Origin: a virus
DNA length: 64,000 nt
Virus record (IMG/VR): IMGVR_UViG_3300011443_000014
Location: 2,563 to 66,562 of that record
Reading direction: 5' to 3' (one strand)
Part shown: in pieces, positions 28,837 through 37,466 of the stretch
How positions within the stretch are numbered: position 1 is the stretch's first letter
Layout of the letters: every line of letters begins with the position of its first letter
Translations under genes and position numbers: made by a program
The notes under the pieces: model-generated
Databases searched by the model: none
The model's input: the letters and a program-made list of their open reading frames with translations, nothing else
Told to the model about the DNA's origin: nothing

Positions 28837-29076
28837 CTAGGCCTTCAGGGACAGGTTGTGGGTTTGCAGGTCGGACATCAGGCGGCGAACGAGGTCGTCG
28901 TCGATCTGGTTGGCGAGGGTTTGGGCCGCTGGACGGAGGTACCGCTCGACAAGGTCGACGTGGACGACCTTCTCGCCGAAGTCGAACGAGACTTCGAAGA
29001 ACTTCGGCGGGGTCGGGCAGACGAGGGCCGCGACCGGGACCGCCAGCAGGGACAGCAGGAACGACCGCCGGTTCAC
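28837..29076 (-). CDS. Small protein with twin-arginine-like leader and a capsid-protein-like segment
   Basis: GTG start overlapping the portal TGA, GGAGG RBS; (M)NRRSFLLSLLAVPVAAL..EVSFDF..ERYLRPAAQTLANQIDDDL. Confidence 0.7.
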   Translation of the reverse strand: MNRRSFLLSLLAVPVAALVCPTPPKFFEVSFDFGEKVVHVDLVERYLRPAAQTLANQIDDDLVRRLMSDLQTHNLSLKA

Positions 29077-30560
29077 TCCTGGCCTCCCGCGCCCTGGTCC
29101 CCTGGTTCGGGGGGGGGCGTCGGCTGGCCAGGTTGCCCTGGCACCGGCGCCGGGTCGGGCGGTTCTTCGGCTTCGATGGTCGTCCGTTCTTCCTCGTACT
29201 CGACGTTCGGGCGGGCAATCTCGCCCGTCTGCAGGTTCCAGTAGAGGGTCTTTCCCGAGATGCCGCCGGCTTGCCACGCCTTCACCAGCGAATCGAGCTC
29301 CTGCGCGGTCAGGCGGGTCTCGAGGAAATCCGTGTTCAGTTGGATCGACACCTTCGAGGCCGAGTCCACGTCGACGTCGCCGTACCCCTGCCACCATGCG
29401 TGGATTCGCAAGGCCTGAGTGAGGCCCATCGACTGCGCCCGGGCCAGCAGCCCGAGGGCTGAGGTCTCGCCGGCGTGCCTGAGGCGCACGGCTTCGGCCG
29501 TCTCCTGGACTCCGGGTTGGCTCTCGAGCAGACGGGCGCCGACCGTCGCCATCTGATGTTCTTTCCGGTCGAGGGCTTTCTCCACGGCGCCGAGGCCGGT
29601 CCCCGTGAATTCCAGCATCGCCACCCGGGCGTCCTTCGAGGGGATCACCCACGCCGTCCCGCTGCCGATCTTCAGGGGAGTCGCGTTGTTCGTCCAGCCG
29701 GTCACGTAGGGCGTCGGTAGCGCCGTGAAGTGCAGCCCGTATTCGTAGTCGACGCTCGACCGCCAATGCGACAGGTTCAACAGGGCGAGGTCGAGCAGGG
29801 GCGGCTTCGCGACCGCCGGTTCAGGGCGTCGAGGTCCGAGAAAGACGAACGGGATGAACGGCAACGGCTTCCCGCGACGGATGAACGCCGACCACGGGCC
29901 GGGAGTGTAGGTCTTCTTCCCGTTCACCGTCGTCTCGACCCACGTCCTCGAGGCCGCCACCTTCTGGCCGCCCTCCGTCGCCATCAGGGCCAGTTCACGA
30001 TACGTGCACTTGCGTTCCTGTTTGTAGGGGTCGGTCGGTGACGGCACCCAGCCGTCGTCTTCGAGCACCACGCGGTCGAGTACAACCTGGCCGCTCTCCA
30101 TGCGCGCTTGCCAGTTCACAATCGACTCGGCCCGCCAGAGGGACCAGTACGGGCGGTTCAACGTCTCGGACCAGTCGACACTGACTCCCGCGCGACCGAC
30201 GACCAGCAACTCCTCCAGCGAGCTCGAGACGAATTCGAGCAGCCCTTCGCCATAGAGCGTGATCCCGCTCTCGACGTCGACGCTGGTCGGCACCTTCACC
30301 TGAGCGGGCTTGCGCAGCACCATCCCGGTCAGGCCGATGATGGTGCGCTCGACGGCCGGGAAAAACGTCCCGCGATCGAGGTACGCCTTGAATTCACGGG
30401 CGTCCGCGTGATCGCAACCCTCGAGCAGGGGCACGTAGGCCACGCCAGCGGAACGAACGGCCTGTTCCCCGGCGTAGGTGTCACGACAGGGCTTCCACCA
30501 GAGGGCGGCGGCTTGCAGGTAGGCCGGATGTCGTGTCGTGATGTCAGGGGTCTCTGGCAC
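29073..30560 (-). CDS. Portal protein (DUF4055-like)
   Basis: 495 aa directly after TerL; YLDRGTFFPAVERT, PPLLDLALLNLSHW..DYEYGLHFTALP. Confidence 0.9.
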   Translation of the reverse strand: MPETPDITTRHPAYLQAAALWWKPCRDTYAGEQAVRSAGVAYVPLLEGCDHADAREFKAYLDRGTFFPAVERTIIGLTGMVLRKPAQVKVPTSVDVESGITLYGEGLLEFVSSSLEELLVVGRAGVSVDWSETLNRPYWSLWRAESIVNWQARMESGQVVLDRVVLEDDGWVPSPTDPYKQERKCTYRELALMATEGGQKVAASRTWVETTVNGKKTYTPGPWSAFIRRGKPLPFIPFVFLGPRRPEPAVAKPPLLDLALLNLSHWRSSVDYEYGLHFTALPTPYVTGWTNNATPLKIGSGTAWVIPSKDARVAMLEFTGTGLGAVEKALDRKEHQMATVGARLLESQPGVQETAEAVRLRHAGETSALGLLARAQSMGLTQALRIHAWWQGYGDVDVDSASKVSIQLNTDFLETRLTAQELDSLVKAWQAGGISGKTLYWNLQTGEIARPNVEYEEERTTIEAEEPPDPAPVPGQPGQPTPPPEPGDQGAGGQE

Positions 30561-30581
30561 GGCGGGCGCCTCCGGGAACGG

Positions 30582-30590
30582 ATTCTAGCA
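30582..30590 (-). promoter_or_regulatory. Putative extended -10 promoter upstream of the portal
   Basis: TGcTAGAAT followed by a GGAGG RBS. Confidence 0.45.
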
Positions 30591-31997
30591 TCAGCGGCGG
30601 CGCATGCTGCCGAATCCCGCGATCGAGACGACGCCGCCCCCGGTTCCGTGAACGAGATCGTCGAGGGCGCCCGACGCCGCGTCGGCCTGGTCGTCGTGGC
30701 CACCGGGGAGGTTTTCCAGTTCCTTCACGAACACCGCGTTCCAGGGCGCACGCAGCAGGTAGACGTTCCGGGCCTTCGCCGCCACCGCGAGGGGTTTCCA
30801 CCGTGTTTGCTTCGGGCCAGTCGCACGTTCGCCTGAGTAGTCGTAGCCCAACATCTCGAGCCGACGACGATAGACCACCGCTTTCCCGCTCGAGCCCGGT
30901 TCCTGTTCTTCGCGCACCGCGCACGCCACCCCGTCGTCACGCGCGGTGGATTTGATCTCCGCGTCGACGTCGGCCGGGTCCCATTGTCCGTGCCGCACGT
31001 CGGCGATGATGACGCGGCCGTCTTCGTGAATCCCGAGTTTCACGCCGGCGGTCCAGTCCGGGTCCTGTGCCGACACGGAGGTCTCGTCCACTTCCGTCGA
31101 GGCCACGTCCCAGAAGCGACACCAGCGGATGTACCCCTCCGGGATCGCGTCGACGTAGCGGAACCAGTCGCCACGGAAGATGGTCCCCGCCGTCGCACGC
31201 ACGTTCCAGTTCCCACGCCGCAGCCGCATCTGGTCGACGTAGGGCAGGGCCTCGAGACGCGCCTCGTACGACGGGTCGACCGTGCGCAGCGCTTGGTTTT
31301 CTTCGAGGGTCATCGGCTGAAACGACAACGACAGCGGCGACACGACGTTCCCGAATTCCGCCTTCAGGGCTTCCGCGCTCTCGCCCCAGTGCAGGTTGTT
31401 CCCCCGACGCACGAACCACCGGACCACGCCGGCGCGGGTCCCGATGGGGAACCCGGTCTCGGCGTCGATCCACCAGTCGACGAGTTTCCGCAGCCAGCCG
31501 CCCACCGGGTCGTCGTCAGGCACCGGGTTCGCGGTCGCGCGGCAGTAGGGCCGCACGCCAGACACCGACCGCAACCTCGAGATGAGGTACCAGAACTGCC
31601 CCTCCGTGAATTCTTCCAGCTGGTCGAACAGGAGGGTCGCGATCTGCGCGCCTTTCCAACCGAGCTTGTCCTTTTCCAGCTGCAGGGACCGGAACTGCAC
31701 GACGTTCCGACCGGGCCAGACCCAGTCCATGTAGTTCGACCGGCCGCCGATCAGCGGGTAGAGGCCCGTCGACTCCTGCCAGAGGCCACCGACGGCCTTC
31801 AGTTGTGGATTCGTGCGCCGGAAGATCACCGCGTTGTAGTTCGTGCGGCGGAGCACGTGTCGGGTCGGTTCGAGCAGGAGGCCGTAGGACTTCCCCCCTC
31901 CTGCCTGACCACCGCCGATGCAGATGTCGGCCCGGTTCTGCGCGAACGCCGTCTGGCCGCCCGCTTGAGGGCCGATCTGCAGGTCGGTCGGGAGCAT
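30591..31997 (-). CDS. terL: Terminase large subunit
   Basis: Start reassigned to ATG 31997 (TGATG coupling); Walker A GGQAGGGKS; RATANP; nuclease motifs RFWDVA, DWTAG, HDDQADA. Confidence 0.93.
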   Translation of the reverse strand: MLPTDLQIGPQAGGQTAFAQNRADICIGGGQAGGGKSYGLLLEPTRHVLRRTNYNAVIFRRTNPQLKAVGGLWQESTGLYPLIGGRSNYMDWVWPGRNVVQFRSLQLEKDKLGWKGAQIATLLFDQLEEFTEGQFWYLISRLRSVSGVRPYCRATANPVPDDDPVGGWLRKLVDWWIDAETGFPIGTRAGVVRWFVRRGNNLHWGESAEALKAEFGNVVSPLSLSFQPMTLEENQALRTVDPSYEARLEALPYVDQMRLRRGNWNVRATAGTIFRGDWFRYVDAIPEGYIRWCRFWDVASTEVDETSVSAQDPDWTAGVKLGIHEDGRVIIADVRHGQWDPADVDAEIKSTARDDGVACAVREEQEPGSSGKAVVYRRRLEMLGYDYSGERATGPKQTRWKPLAVAAKARNVYLLRAPWNAVFVKELENLPGGHDDQADAASGALDDLVHGTGGGVVSIAGFGSMRRR

Positions 31998-32626
31998 CAG
32001 CGGCCGATCCAGCCGGTCGGGGTCTTCCTGAAGTCGAGGGGATGCTGGCACTTCGGACAGGTAATCGGGGTTCCGGGGAGCATCCGAGAGAATTCGGCGT
32101 TCCACGGAACGTCCCAGACCACCCGGGCGAGGGACAGCAGGCCGGTCGCGGGGGCCGCCGCGTTCGCCGGGACACGTCCGAACACGGTCTGGCAGTGGCC
32201 GCACTCGATGGTCGGGTCCGGATCGCGGCCTCCCCCGAACGGTTTGCCGTAGCTGCTGGACCCTGGCGCCTCGAGGGCCTGGGCGAGCGGGGGCGTCGGC
32301 AAACCAGGGGCGAAATCCTTAATGATTTTGAGGGCCGCACTCCCCTGGACTGGGCCAGACGGGGTCCCCTGGTCGGCCCCCTGGTCGGCCCCCTGGTCGC
32401 CTGGCTCGAGCGCCTGGCTCGAGATGCCTGGCGCGGGCCTCGAGAGCAGGCCGGCCAGCAGGTGGATCGAGCCGGTCGTTGACTCGAGGGCCGCCAGCAG
32501 CTGGCCTTGGATGGCTTCCCAGACCAGCGGGTCCTCTAGCCGGGAGTGAAACCGTGGGTCGAGGGTCTGGATTGTCAGGTCGAGCTTCAGGAGATCGCCG
32601 ATCCGGGTCGTTCGGGTCGTTCGCAT
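31997..32626 (-). CDS. Hypothetical protein with C-terminal zinc ribbon
   Basis: CGHC...CPKC; coupled to terL. Confidence 0.65.
   Translation of the reverse strand: MRTTRTTRIGDLLKLDLTIQTLDPRFHSRLEDPLVWEAIQGQLLAALESTTGSIHLLAGLLSRPAPGISSQALEPGDQGADQGADQGTPSGPVQGSAALKIIKDFAPGLPTPPLAQALEAPGSSSYGKPFGGGRDPDPTIECGHCQTVFGRVPANAAAPATGLLSLARVVWDVPWNAEFSRMLPGTPITCPKCQHPLDFRKTPTGWIGR
32366..32399. repeat. 12-bp tandem repeat (~2.8 copies)
   Basis: cccctggtcggc unit encoding DQGA repeats. Confidence 0.7.
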
Positions 32627-32632
32627 GGGGTC

Positions 32633-33424
32633 TTATTCGTCCGAGCAGATGCCGGCGGCCTTGAAATACAGGTCGCGCAGTTGGGCCACCCCGTTCGGGG
32701 CGAGGGCGTCGGGGAGGGTCGCGGCGCGTTCGGTCCACGCCACACGGACCGCCGTCACGTCGAGGTCCGGGCCGAGCCGTCTGGCGAGGGTGTGGCCCTC
32801 GTCGACCATCATCCGGCGCAGGCGCTTGAACTGTTCGCCCCGGCCTTGGTGTCGCCGGTACTGGTAGCCCATCGCCAGTTTCGCACGGCGGGCCTCGAAG
32901 TCGCCCACGGGCACCTGGACCGACTTCGTCACCCTGGCCGGGGCTTCGGCTGGGTCGGCCTGGGCGATCGCCTGGGCGACGGCCTGGGCCTGGGCCTCCG
33001 CGCCTGGGTCGTCACCCTGGACGACGAGGCCGTCCGCCTGGACGGGGTCAGGACGGGGGGGGGTCGGACCGTCGGGGGCCGCCGCCGTCCGTGGACGCAT
33101 CAGCAAGCCGCCTTGCTGGACGTGGTATCGGTAGTCGTCGGCCTGTTCGGGGTCACGGCGACAGAGGTAGGCCAGTTCGTCGTCCGAGGGCCGATACCAT
33201 TCGTAGGTGGCCGCCAGAGGGTCCTGGACGACTCTGTAGAACGCCGAGAACGCCGATTGACCACAGAGCCGACCGTTCCAGAGGGGTCGCGTACAGGCGA
33301 TCGAGAACGGCGTCGTCCCGGTCACGAGGTTCAGGGTCATCGTGACGTACCCGCACTTCCCGCACCGGTAGCCGTTCACGCCCCCGGCGACGTCGCCGGA
33401 GCCGACCGGGTTCGGGCTACCCAC
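32633..33424 (-). CDS. Hypothetical protein with N-terminal Zn-binding domain
   Basis: YRCGKCG..TPFSIAC..CGQS..YEWYRPS..GGLLMRP; Ala/Gln linker. Confidence 0.7.
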   Translation of the reverse strand: MGSPNPVGSGDVAGGVNGYRCGKCGYVTMTLNLVTGTTPFSIACTRPLWNGRLCGQSAFSAFYRVVQDPLAATYEWYRPSDDELAYLCRRDPEQADDYRYHVQQGGLLMRPRTAAAPDGPTPPRPDPVQADGLVVQGDDPGAEAQAQAVAQAIAQADPAEAPARVTKSVQVPVGDFEARRAKLAMGYQYRRHQGRGEQFKRLRRMMVDEGHTLARRLGPDLDVTAVRVAWTERAATLPDALAPNGVAQLRDLYFKAAGICSDE

Positions 33425-33659
33425 GGGCGCGGTCCTCCCGGAGGATGGCTTCGGTCAGGGCCAGCGCGGCGCGCCGAGCGGACAGCCGGGCTTCAGCCTT
33501 CGTGTCCAACCCCCAACCCGAGGCGACGATCTCGCCGTTCCCGGCATGGCAGGACCAGCCCCACTCCCGGCGCATCACCGGCGCGCCTTCCCTGGAACCG
33601 GGCCCGGGCACGTGCCTGGATGCGTAGTGCAGGGCGGGGATCGAGCGTTTACGTGTCAT
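33417..33659 (-). CDS. YegP/DUF1508-like small protein
   Basis: WGWSCHAGNGEIVASGWGLDTKAEA matches the DUF1508 pattern. Confidence 0.65.
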   Translation of the reverse strand: MTRKRSIPALHYASRHVPGPGSREGAPVMRREWGWSCHAGNGEIVASGWGLDTKAEARLSARRAALALTEAILREDRARG

Positions 33660-33756
33660 CGGAGCCTCCCAGAGCAAAGCCGAGCAGGAACAAGGCGAAC
33701 GCCGCACAGTAGACGGCGAACGCCAGATAGAGGACGGCCTGAGGGGTGAGGGTCAT
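33649..33756 (-). CDS. 35-aa single-TM peptide
   Basis: MTLTPQAVLYLAFAVYCAAFALFLLGFALGGSDDT; ATGA overlap with the terS stop; not in track. Confidence 0.55.
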   Translation of the reverse strand: MTLTPQAVLYLAFAVYCAAFALFLLGFALGGSDDT

Positions 33757-34310
33757 CGCCCGTTATCCGGCATCGTGATCACGACGCGGCCCTCGATGGG
33801 ACCGCCGCCGGGACCGCTCAGTTCGACACGGCGCCGTCCGTAGACTTCGGGCTTCCGCCGTTCGAGCAGCCACGCGCTCGCTTGCCATTCGCGCTTTCCG
33901 GCGTTCGTGATGTTGGCGAGGGCGCGGAGCTCCCATTCGTTCAGGGCCTTTTGATAGTCGTAAGAAAAACGGGCGAGGGCCTGATCCTTCGGCGTGTCGG
34001 CCAACACCCACGGACTGGTCGTTGCCGCGGTGAGGTCGACGGGCTTCGGCTTCTGGCCACGACCGACGAGTCGACGCGGGGGAACGTGACCGGCCTCGAG
34101 GTTCGACAGGCGTGTGTAGCAGAGGGCGAGGACCTTGGCGCCTTTCGTGTGCCAGTCGTGAATCGTCTCGCGCGTCAGGCCCGCGTTCTCGGCGGCGACG
34201 TCGAGGGTCGCGCCGAGTCGGATGGCCGTCACGATGGCGTCGTGAACGTCGGGCGTCAGTTTTGTCGGCCGGCCTGGGGGAGTCTTCGGAGGCGCGAGGT
34301 CGTCGCTCAT
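33753..34310 (-). CDS. terS: Terminase small subunit (HTH)
   Basis: GRPTKLTPD..AIRLGATLDVAAENAGLTRETIHDW; WQASAWLLERR..YGRR; VELSGPGGGPI. Confidence 0.8.
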   Translation of the reverse strand: MSDDLAPPKTPPGRPTKLTPDVHDAIVTAIRLGATLDVAAENAGLTRETIHDWHTKGAKVLALCYTRLSNLEAGHVPPRRLVGRGQKPKPVDLTAATTSPWVLADTPKDQALARFSYDYQKALNEWELRALANITNAGKREWQASAWLLERRKPEVYGRRRVELSGPGGGPIEGRVVITMPDNGR

Positions 34311-34331
34311 GGCTGAATACCTTACACCGGG

Positions 34332-34511
34332 TCAGGGTCGCTCGTGCCACTGTCGAACACGGCGGTCGCGCAAGGGCACCTTACAAAGGTCGCAGCCGCA
34401 CGACTTCATTTGCAGGACGCCGAGTCGGGCGAGGATGCGAATGACGTTCTGGTGGCGTCGAGCCAGCGCGAGCCAGCGGCGGGTGTCGTCATTTGCCTTC
34501 GTGGACAGCAT
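34332..34511 (-). CDS. Small hypothetical protein
   Basis: MLSTKANDD..CGCDLC; fills a gap. Confidence 0.3.
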   Translation of the reverse strand: MLSTKANDDTRRWLALARRHQNVIRILARLGVLQMKSCGCDLCKVPLRDRRVRQWHERP

Positions 34512-34926
34512 GGCAGACGGCCGTCCGCACACGCGCCGGGATCTCCGGGTCGTTCAGGGCCGCTTCGTAGTAGGGCCAGCGTTTTCGGGGTGACAGTTCC
34601 GACCAGCAGGATTCGCACAGCACCGCGAACGTCGCGCCGATGGAGTACCGGGTCTGGTGCGGCGTCGTGAACGCCCAGCCGACCGAACACCGGGCACAGC
34701 AGCCGTGATTACCTGAGGTAATCGGGTCCAGCCGTCGTCGCATCCACCAGCCGCGCAGCCGTCGCAGCCAGAGCGGGTTCGTGCCGAGGGCGAGGCCGAC
34801 AACGATGGACGTCAGACCGATGGCTTGATGCGCTGGCGAGGACATATCCAGACCAGCGAGCCAGACGCCAGCCACGATCAGCGCGACCCCGAGGATGAAC
34901 GCCTTCCATTCCTGATACGGCAACAT
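34489..34926 (-). CDS. Membrane protein with C-terminal Cys cluster
   Basis: Two TM helices, then CARC..CESC. Confidence 0.6.
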   Translation of the reverse strand: MLPYQEWKAFILGVALIVAGVWLAGLDMSSPAHQAIGLTSIVVGLALGTNPLWLRRLRGWWMRRRLDPITSGNHGCCARCSVGWAFTTPHQTRYSIGATFAVLCESCWSELSPRKRWPYYEAALNDPEIPARVRTAVCHAVHEGK

Positions 34927-35156
34927 CAGGCCTCCCGCACGTAGGCGACGTGGGTTTGCACCAGCCGGCGCAGCCCGAGCTTTTCGAGGATCTTCGGCGA
35001 CGGCGATCGTTGCGTGTGCAGGGCCGCCGACAGGTAGCTGTAGGGGATGGCCCAGTCGACGCTGAGACTGCGCAGTGTCCCACCCGACGAGGCTTTGGCT
35101 GCCGCACGAATCAGGTCGCGCACGCCGTCGATGGTGTAGCTCTGAATCGCGCTCAT
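34926..35156 (-). CDS. Cro-like HTH protein
   Basis: TLRSLSVDWAIPYSYLSAALHTQRSPSPKILEKLGL. Confidence 0.6.
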   Translation of the reverse strand: MSAIQSYTIDGVRDLIRAAAKASSGGTLRSLSVDWAIPYSYLSAALHTQRSPSPKILEKLGLRRLVQTHVAYVREA

Positions 35157-35803
35157 ACGCCCAGGTCCTTTCGTGCTTCGTCGCGCGCCACGTTCAGTCG
35201 TGCCATGAGGTCGACCGATCCGCCGGCGTCCGGGTGTCGCTCACGGGCCAGCGTTTTGTAGCGGGCGTCGACGATGTTCGGGCTCACCAGTTCGTGCGGG
35301 CCGAACCCGAGCTCGAGGCGCCAGTCGGTCGCCGCGTGGCCGATGGCCGTGTACCCGGCGAACGCCTGGTCGAGCGTGCCGACCCCGTGTCGCTCAATCG
35401 CCCGCAGCGCTTCGACGTGGGCCGCCAGTGCGGCGAGGTTGCCCTGCACCGCCCGGTATTTATCGCACGCCAGACATCGGTCCTGCTTGTTGATTTTGAA
35501 GTAGACCGCGGCGCCCGGGTCGTCCGGGTTCTTCTCGCCCGACCTGGGGAGGCCGTCGTTTCGCGTGCGCACGTTCGTCGAGATGACGATGTTCGTCGCG
35601 CCGAGTCGTGCCAGTTCCCCGATCAGGCGGGCGATCGCTTCGGCGACCGTCAGGTTGTCGGTGCGGGTGTACGACCCGCCGCCGTTTGACGGGATCGTGC
35701 GCTTCGTGGAGAACCGGTCGAAGGTCCGCGCGTGATGGCTCGTGCGCTTCCAGTTCCGGGGCCAGGACAGCGGATAGCGTGAGACGGTGTCGCTGGTCAT
35801 CAT
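35153..35803 (-). CDS. Phage J-domain (DnaJ-type) protein
   Basis: RYPLSWPRNWKRT N-terminus; C-terminal LARERHPDAGGS..MARLNVA with HPD motif. Confidence 0.85.
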   Translation of the reverse strand: MMTSDTVSRYPLSWPRNWKRTSHHARTFDRFSTKRTIPSNGGGSYTRTDNLTVAEAIARLIGELARLGATNIVISTNVRTRNDGLPRSGEKNPDDPGAAVYFKINKQDRCLACDKYRAVQGNLAALAAHVEALRAIERHGVGTLDQAFAGYTAIGHAATDWRLELGFGPHELVSPNIVDARYKTLARERHPDAGGSVDLMARLNVARDEARKDLGV

Positions 35804-36132
35804 CGGCTCTTCGACGAGAACGTCAGTAGGGCCGCGCGCGCCTGGCGTTCGGTGATCTCGTTGTGATTGCTCACGGCCAACTGGAACGCCGCGATCAGGC
35901 GGATCGCCGCCGCGCCGTTGAACACGGCTTCGGCCAGATCCCCGATGGCTTTCTGTTGTTTGTCGAGGTAGTCCACGACGCCTTGCGGGACCATGTACGT
36001 CTGGCCATCGAGGGTCACGGGGTTCAGGACAGGTGCAACCTCGTGGTGAACGTGGTTGCAGTTCGGGCAGCCCCACACGCCCGCGCTCCCGTCTTCTTTG
36101 ACCATCGGGCTTTCACAGAATCGACAGTTCAT
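35800..36132 (-). CDS. Zn-ribbon protein
   Basis: MNCRFCESPM..WGCPNCN. Confidence 0.65.
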   Translation of the reverse strand: MNCRFCESPMVKEDGSAGVWGCPNCNHVHHEVAPVLNPVTLDGQTYMVPQGVVDYLDKQQKAIGDLAEAVFNGAAAIRLIAAFQLAVSNHNEITERQARAALLTFSSKSR

Positions 36133-36137
36133 GGTCG

Positions 36138-36851
36138 TCAATCTCCCTGTTGCTTCTCGAACACCGTGAACACGCGCGCTTGATTGCCGCGGCCCATCAG
36201 TACCGCCACGACCGCGACCTCCTGACCGATGACCGCGCCGGTCAATGGCGGACGCGGCCACACGTAGTCGAGGATCCCGACACGACACCCCAGCGCCACC
36301 CGGCGCAGCGCGTTGCGGAGCAGCAGGTTCGCACTCGGCAACGACACGCGACTCGAGGCCTCGTAGTGCAGGTGATCCGCCTTCGTGTAGGGCCGGTCGA
36401 TCAGCACCGAGGGCCAGTACGCGTTCGGGATCGCCGTCAGGTTCTTCGTCTCTCCGTAGTCGCCGCGCTCGAGATACACGCCGCCCTCGATCATCGCGTG
36501 CAGGTCGCCGGGCTCGTCGCTCGAGGTCAGGCGCACACGGGTCGGTGGCGTCTCCGTGCGGCGGACGTGCAACGGCGGGAGCTCGAGGTTCGCATCGCGC
36601 AGAAAGTCGGGCAGGTAGTCCGGGCTCGCGTCCAGCGTCATGTCGTTCGGGCCGAGGCCTTTGTAGGCGACTCCGTTGTGTGGCCCCGGATACTGACGCA
36701 CGGCACCCGCGCAGACGTGGAGCACCGCGTCGTACGGACGCACGCCGAGCAGCGCACGGGCGCGGGACAGGAACCCCGCCGGATAGGCGCCGTAGAACTT
36801 CACCTTCGGCCGTGCCAGGATCCAGACGTCGGTGATCGGACGGTAACTCAC
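36138..36851 (-). CDS. Putative amino-(N6A/N4C) DNA methyltransferase-like protein
   Basis: GTGA-coupled start; YGAYPAGF, VLHVCAG (SAM-binding), VLIDRPY (DPPY-like). Confidence 0.6.
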   Translation of the reverse strand: MSYRPITDVWILARPKVKFYGAYPAGFLSRARALLGVRPYDAVLHVCAGAVRQYPGPHNGVAYKGLGPNDMTLDASPDYLPDFLRDANLELPPLHVRRTETPPTRVRLTSSDEPGDLHAMIEGGVYLERGDYGETKNLTAIPNAYWPSVLIDRPYTKADHLHYEASSRVSLPSANLLLRNALRRVALGCRVGILDYVWPRPPLTGAVIGQEVAVVAVLMGRGNQARVFTVFEKQQGD

Positions 36852-37111
36852 TGCACCGTCTCCCGCCGTTCGGCCGCGTCGTGAATTACGCCTTCGATGG
36901 TCACGGTCAGGGATCGGGCCGACGCCATCTGCACAACCCACACGCCGAGCACCGCGGTCTCGAGGGCACCGCCGGCCAGCAGGAACAGGCCGATGGTCGA
37001 GTCGCCGTCCGTGATGGCCACGGTCAACGTGCCGACGAAGCACAGCACGCACACCCACGCCGCCAGATAGACCGCCAGTTTTTCCTTGAACAACGTCGTC
37101 CAGCGCTTCAT
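36848..37111 (-). CDS. Two-TM membrane protein
   Basis: 87 aa, hydrophobic; coupled on both sides. Confidence 0.6.
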   Translation of the reverse strand: MKRWTTLFKEKLAVYLAAWVCVLCFVGTLTVAITDGDSTIGLFLLAGGALETAVLGVWVVQMASARSLTVTIEGVIHDAAERRETVQ

Positions 37112-37287
37112 TCGTCAATCACCAATCTCCGGCGTTTCGGGCCGGTCATCGTCGGGGTCCACGGAGGGGGAGGTTCAGGTTCGGCACGGCGAAGGGCCGC
37201 CGCGACACGCTCGAGGGCCGTCTCAAAGTCATCGGACAGAATCGGCCAGACCTGTAGCCGAGGCGCGCCGTACGCGTAGATGTTCAC
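37108..37287 (-). CDS. Small hypothetical protein
   Basis: GTG start coupled to the upstream TGA; NIYAYGAPRLQVWPIL.. Confidence 0.45.
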   Translation of the reverse strand: MNIYAYGAPRLQVWPILSDDFETALERVAAALRRAEPEPPPPWTPTMTGPKRRRLVIDE

Positions 37288-37391
37288 AGGCCGAGGGCCG
37301 CCGAGACCTGGGCCTGGGCCTGGGTGATGACCTGGCCAACGGCCAGCGCCAACCACAGGGCCGCCACAACAACCAGCAACACGATGCGCAT
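37284..37391 (-). CDS. 35-aa membrane/secreted peptide
   Basis: AAGGAGG RBS; MRIVLLVVVAALWLALAVGQVITQAQAQVSAALGL; not in track. Confidence 0.6.
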   Translation of the reverse strand: MRIVLLVVVAALWLALAVGQVITQAQAQVSAALGL

Positions 37392-37412
37392 GGTCGACCT
37401 CCTTGGGCACGG

Positions 37413-37442
37413 AGGATACAACAGGATGTTGTGGTTTTACAA
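37413..37442 (-). promoter_or_regulatory. Putative promoter with palindromic operator
   Basis: TTGTAA-18 bp-TATCCT; ACAACA-gga-TGTTGT palindrome at 37418-37432. Confidence 0.45.
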
Positions 37443-37466
37443 ATCGGTGTGCTTTTGTTCGGGATT

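Noticed and set aside
17634-30330. 12-mer ACCATCCCGGTC upstream of the tube (17634) and capsid (22732) genes as a late regulatory motif
   Set aside because: The same 12-mer occurs inside the portal gene (30319) and the core recurs in other coding regions (GGG ATG codons), so it may be chance
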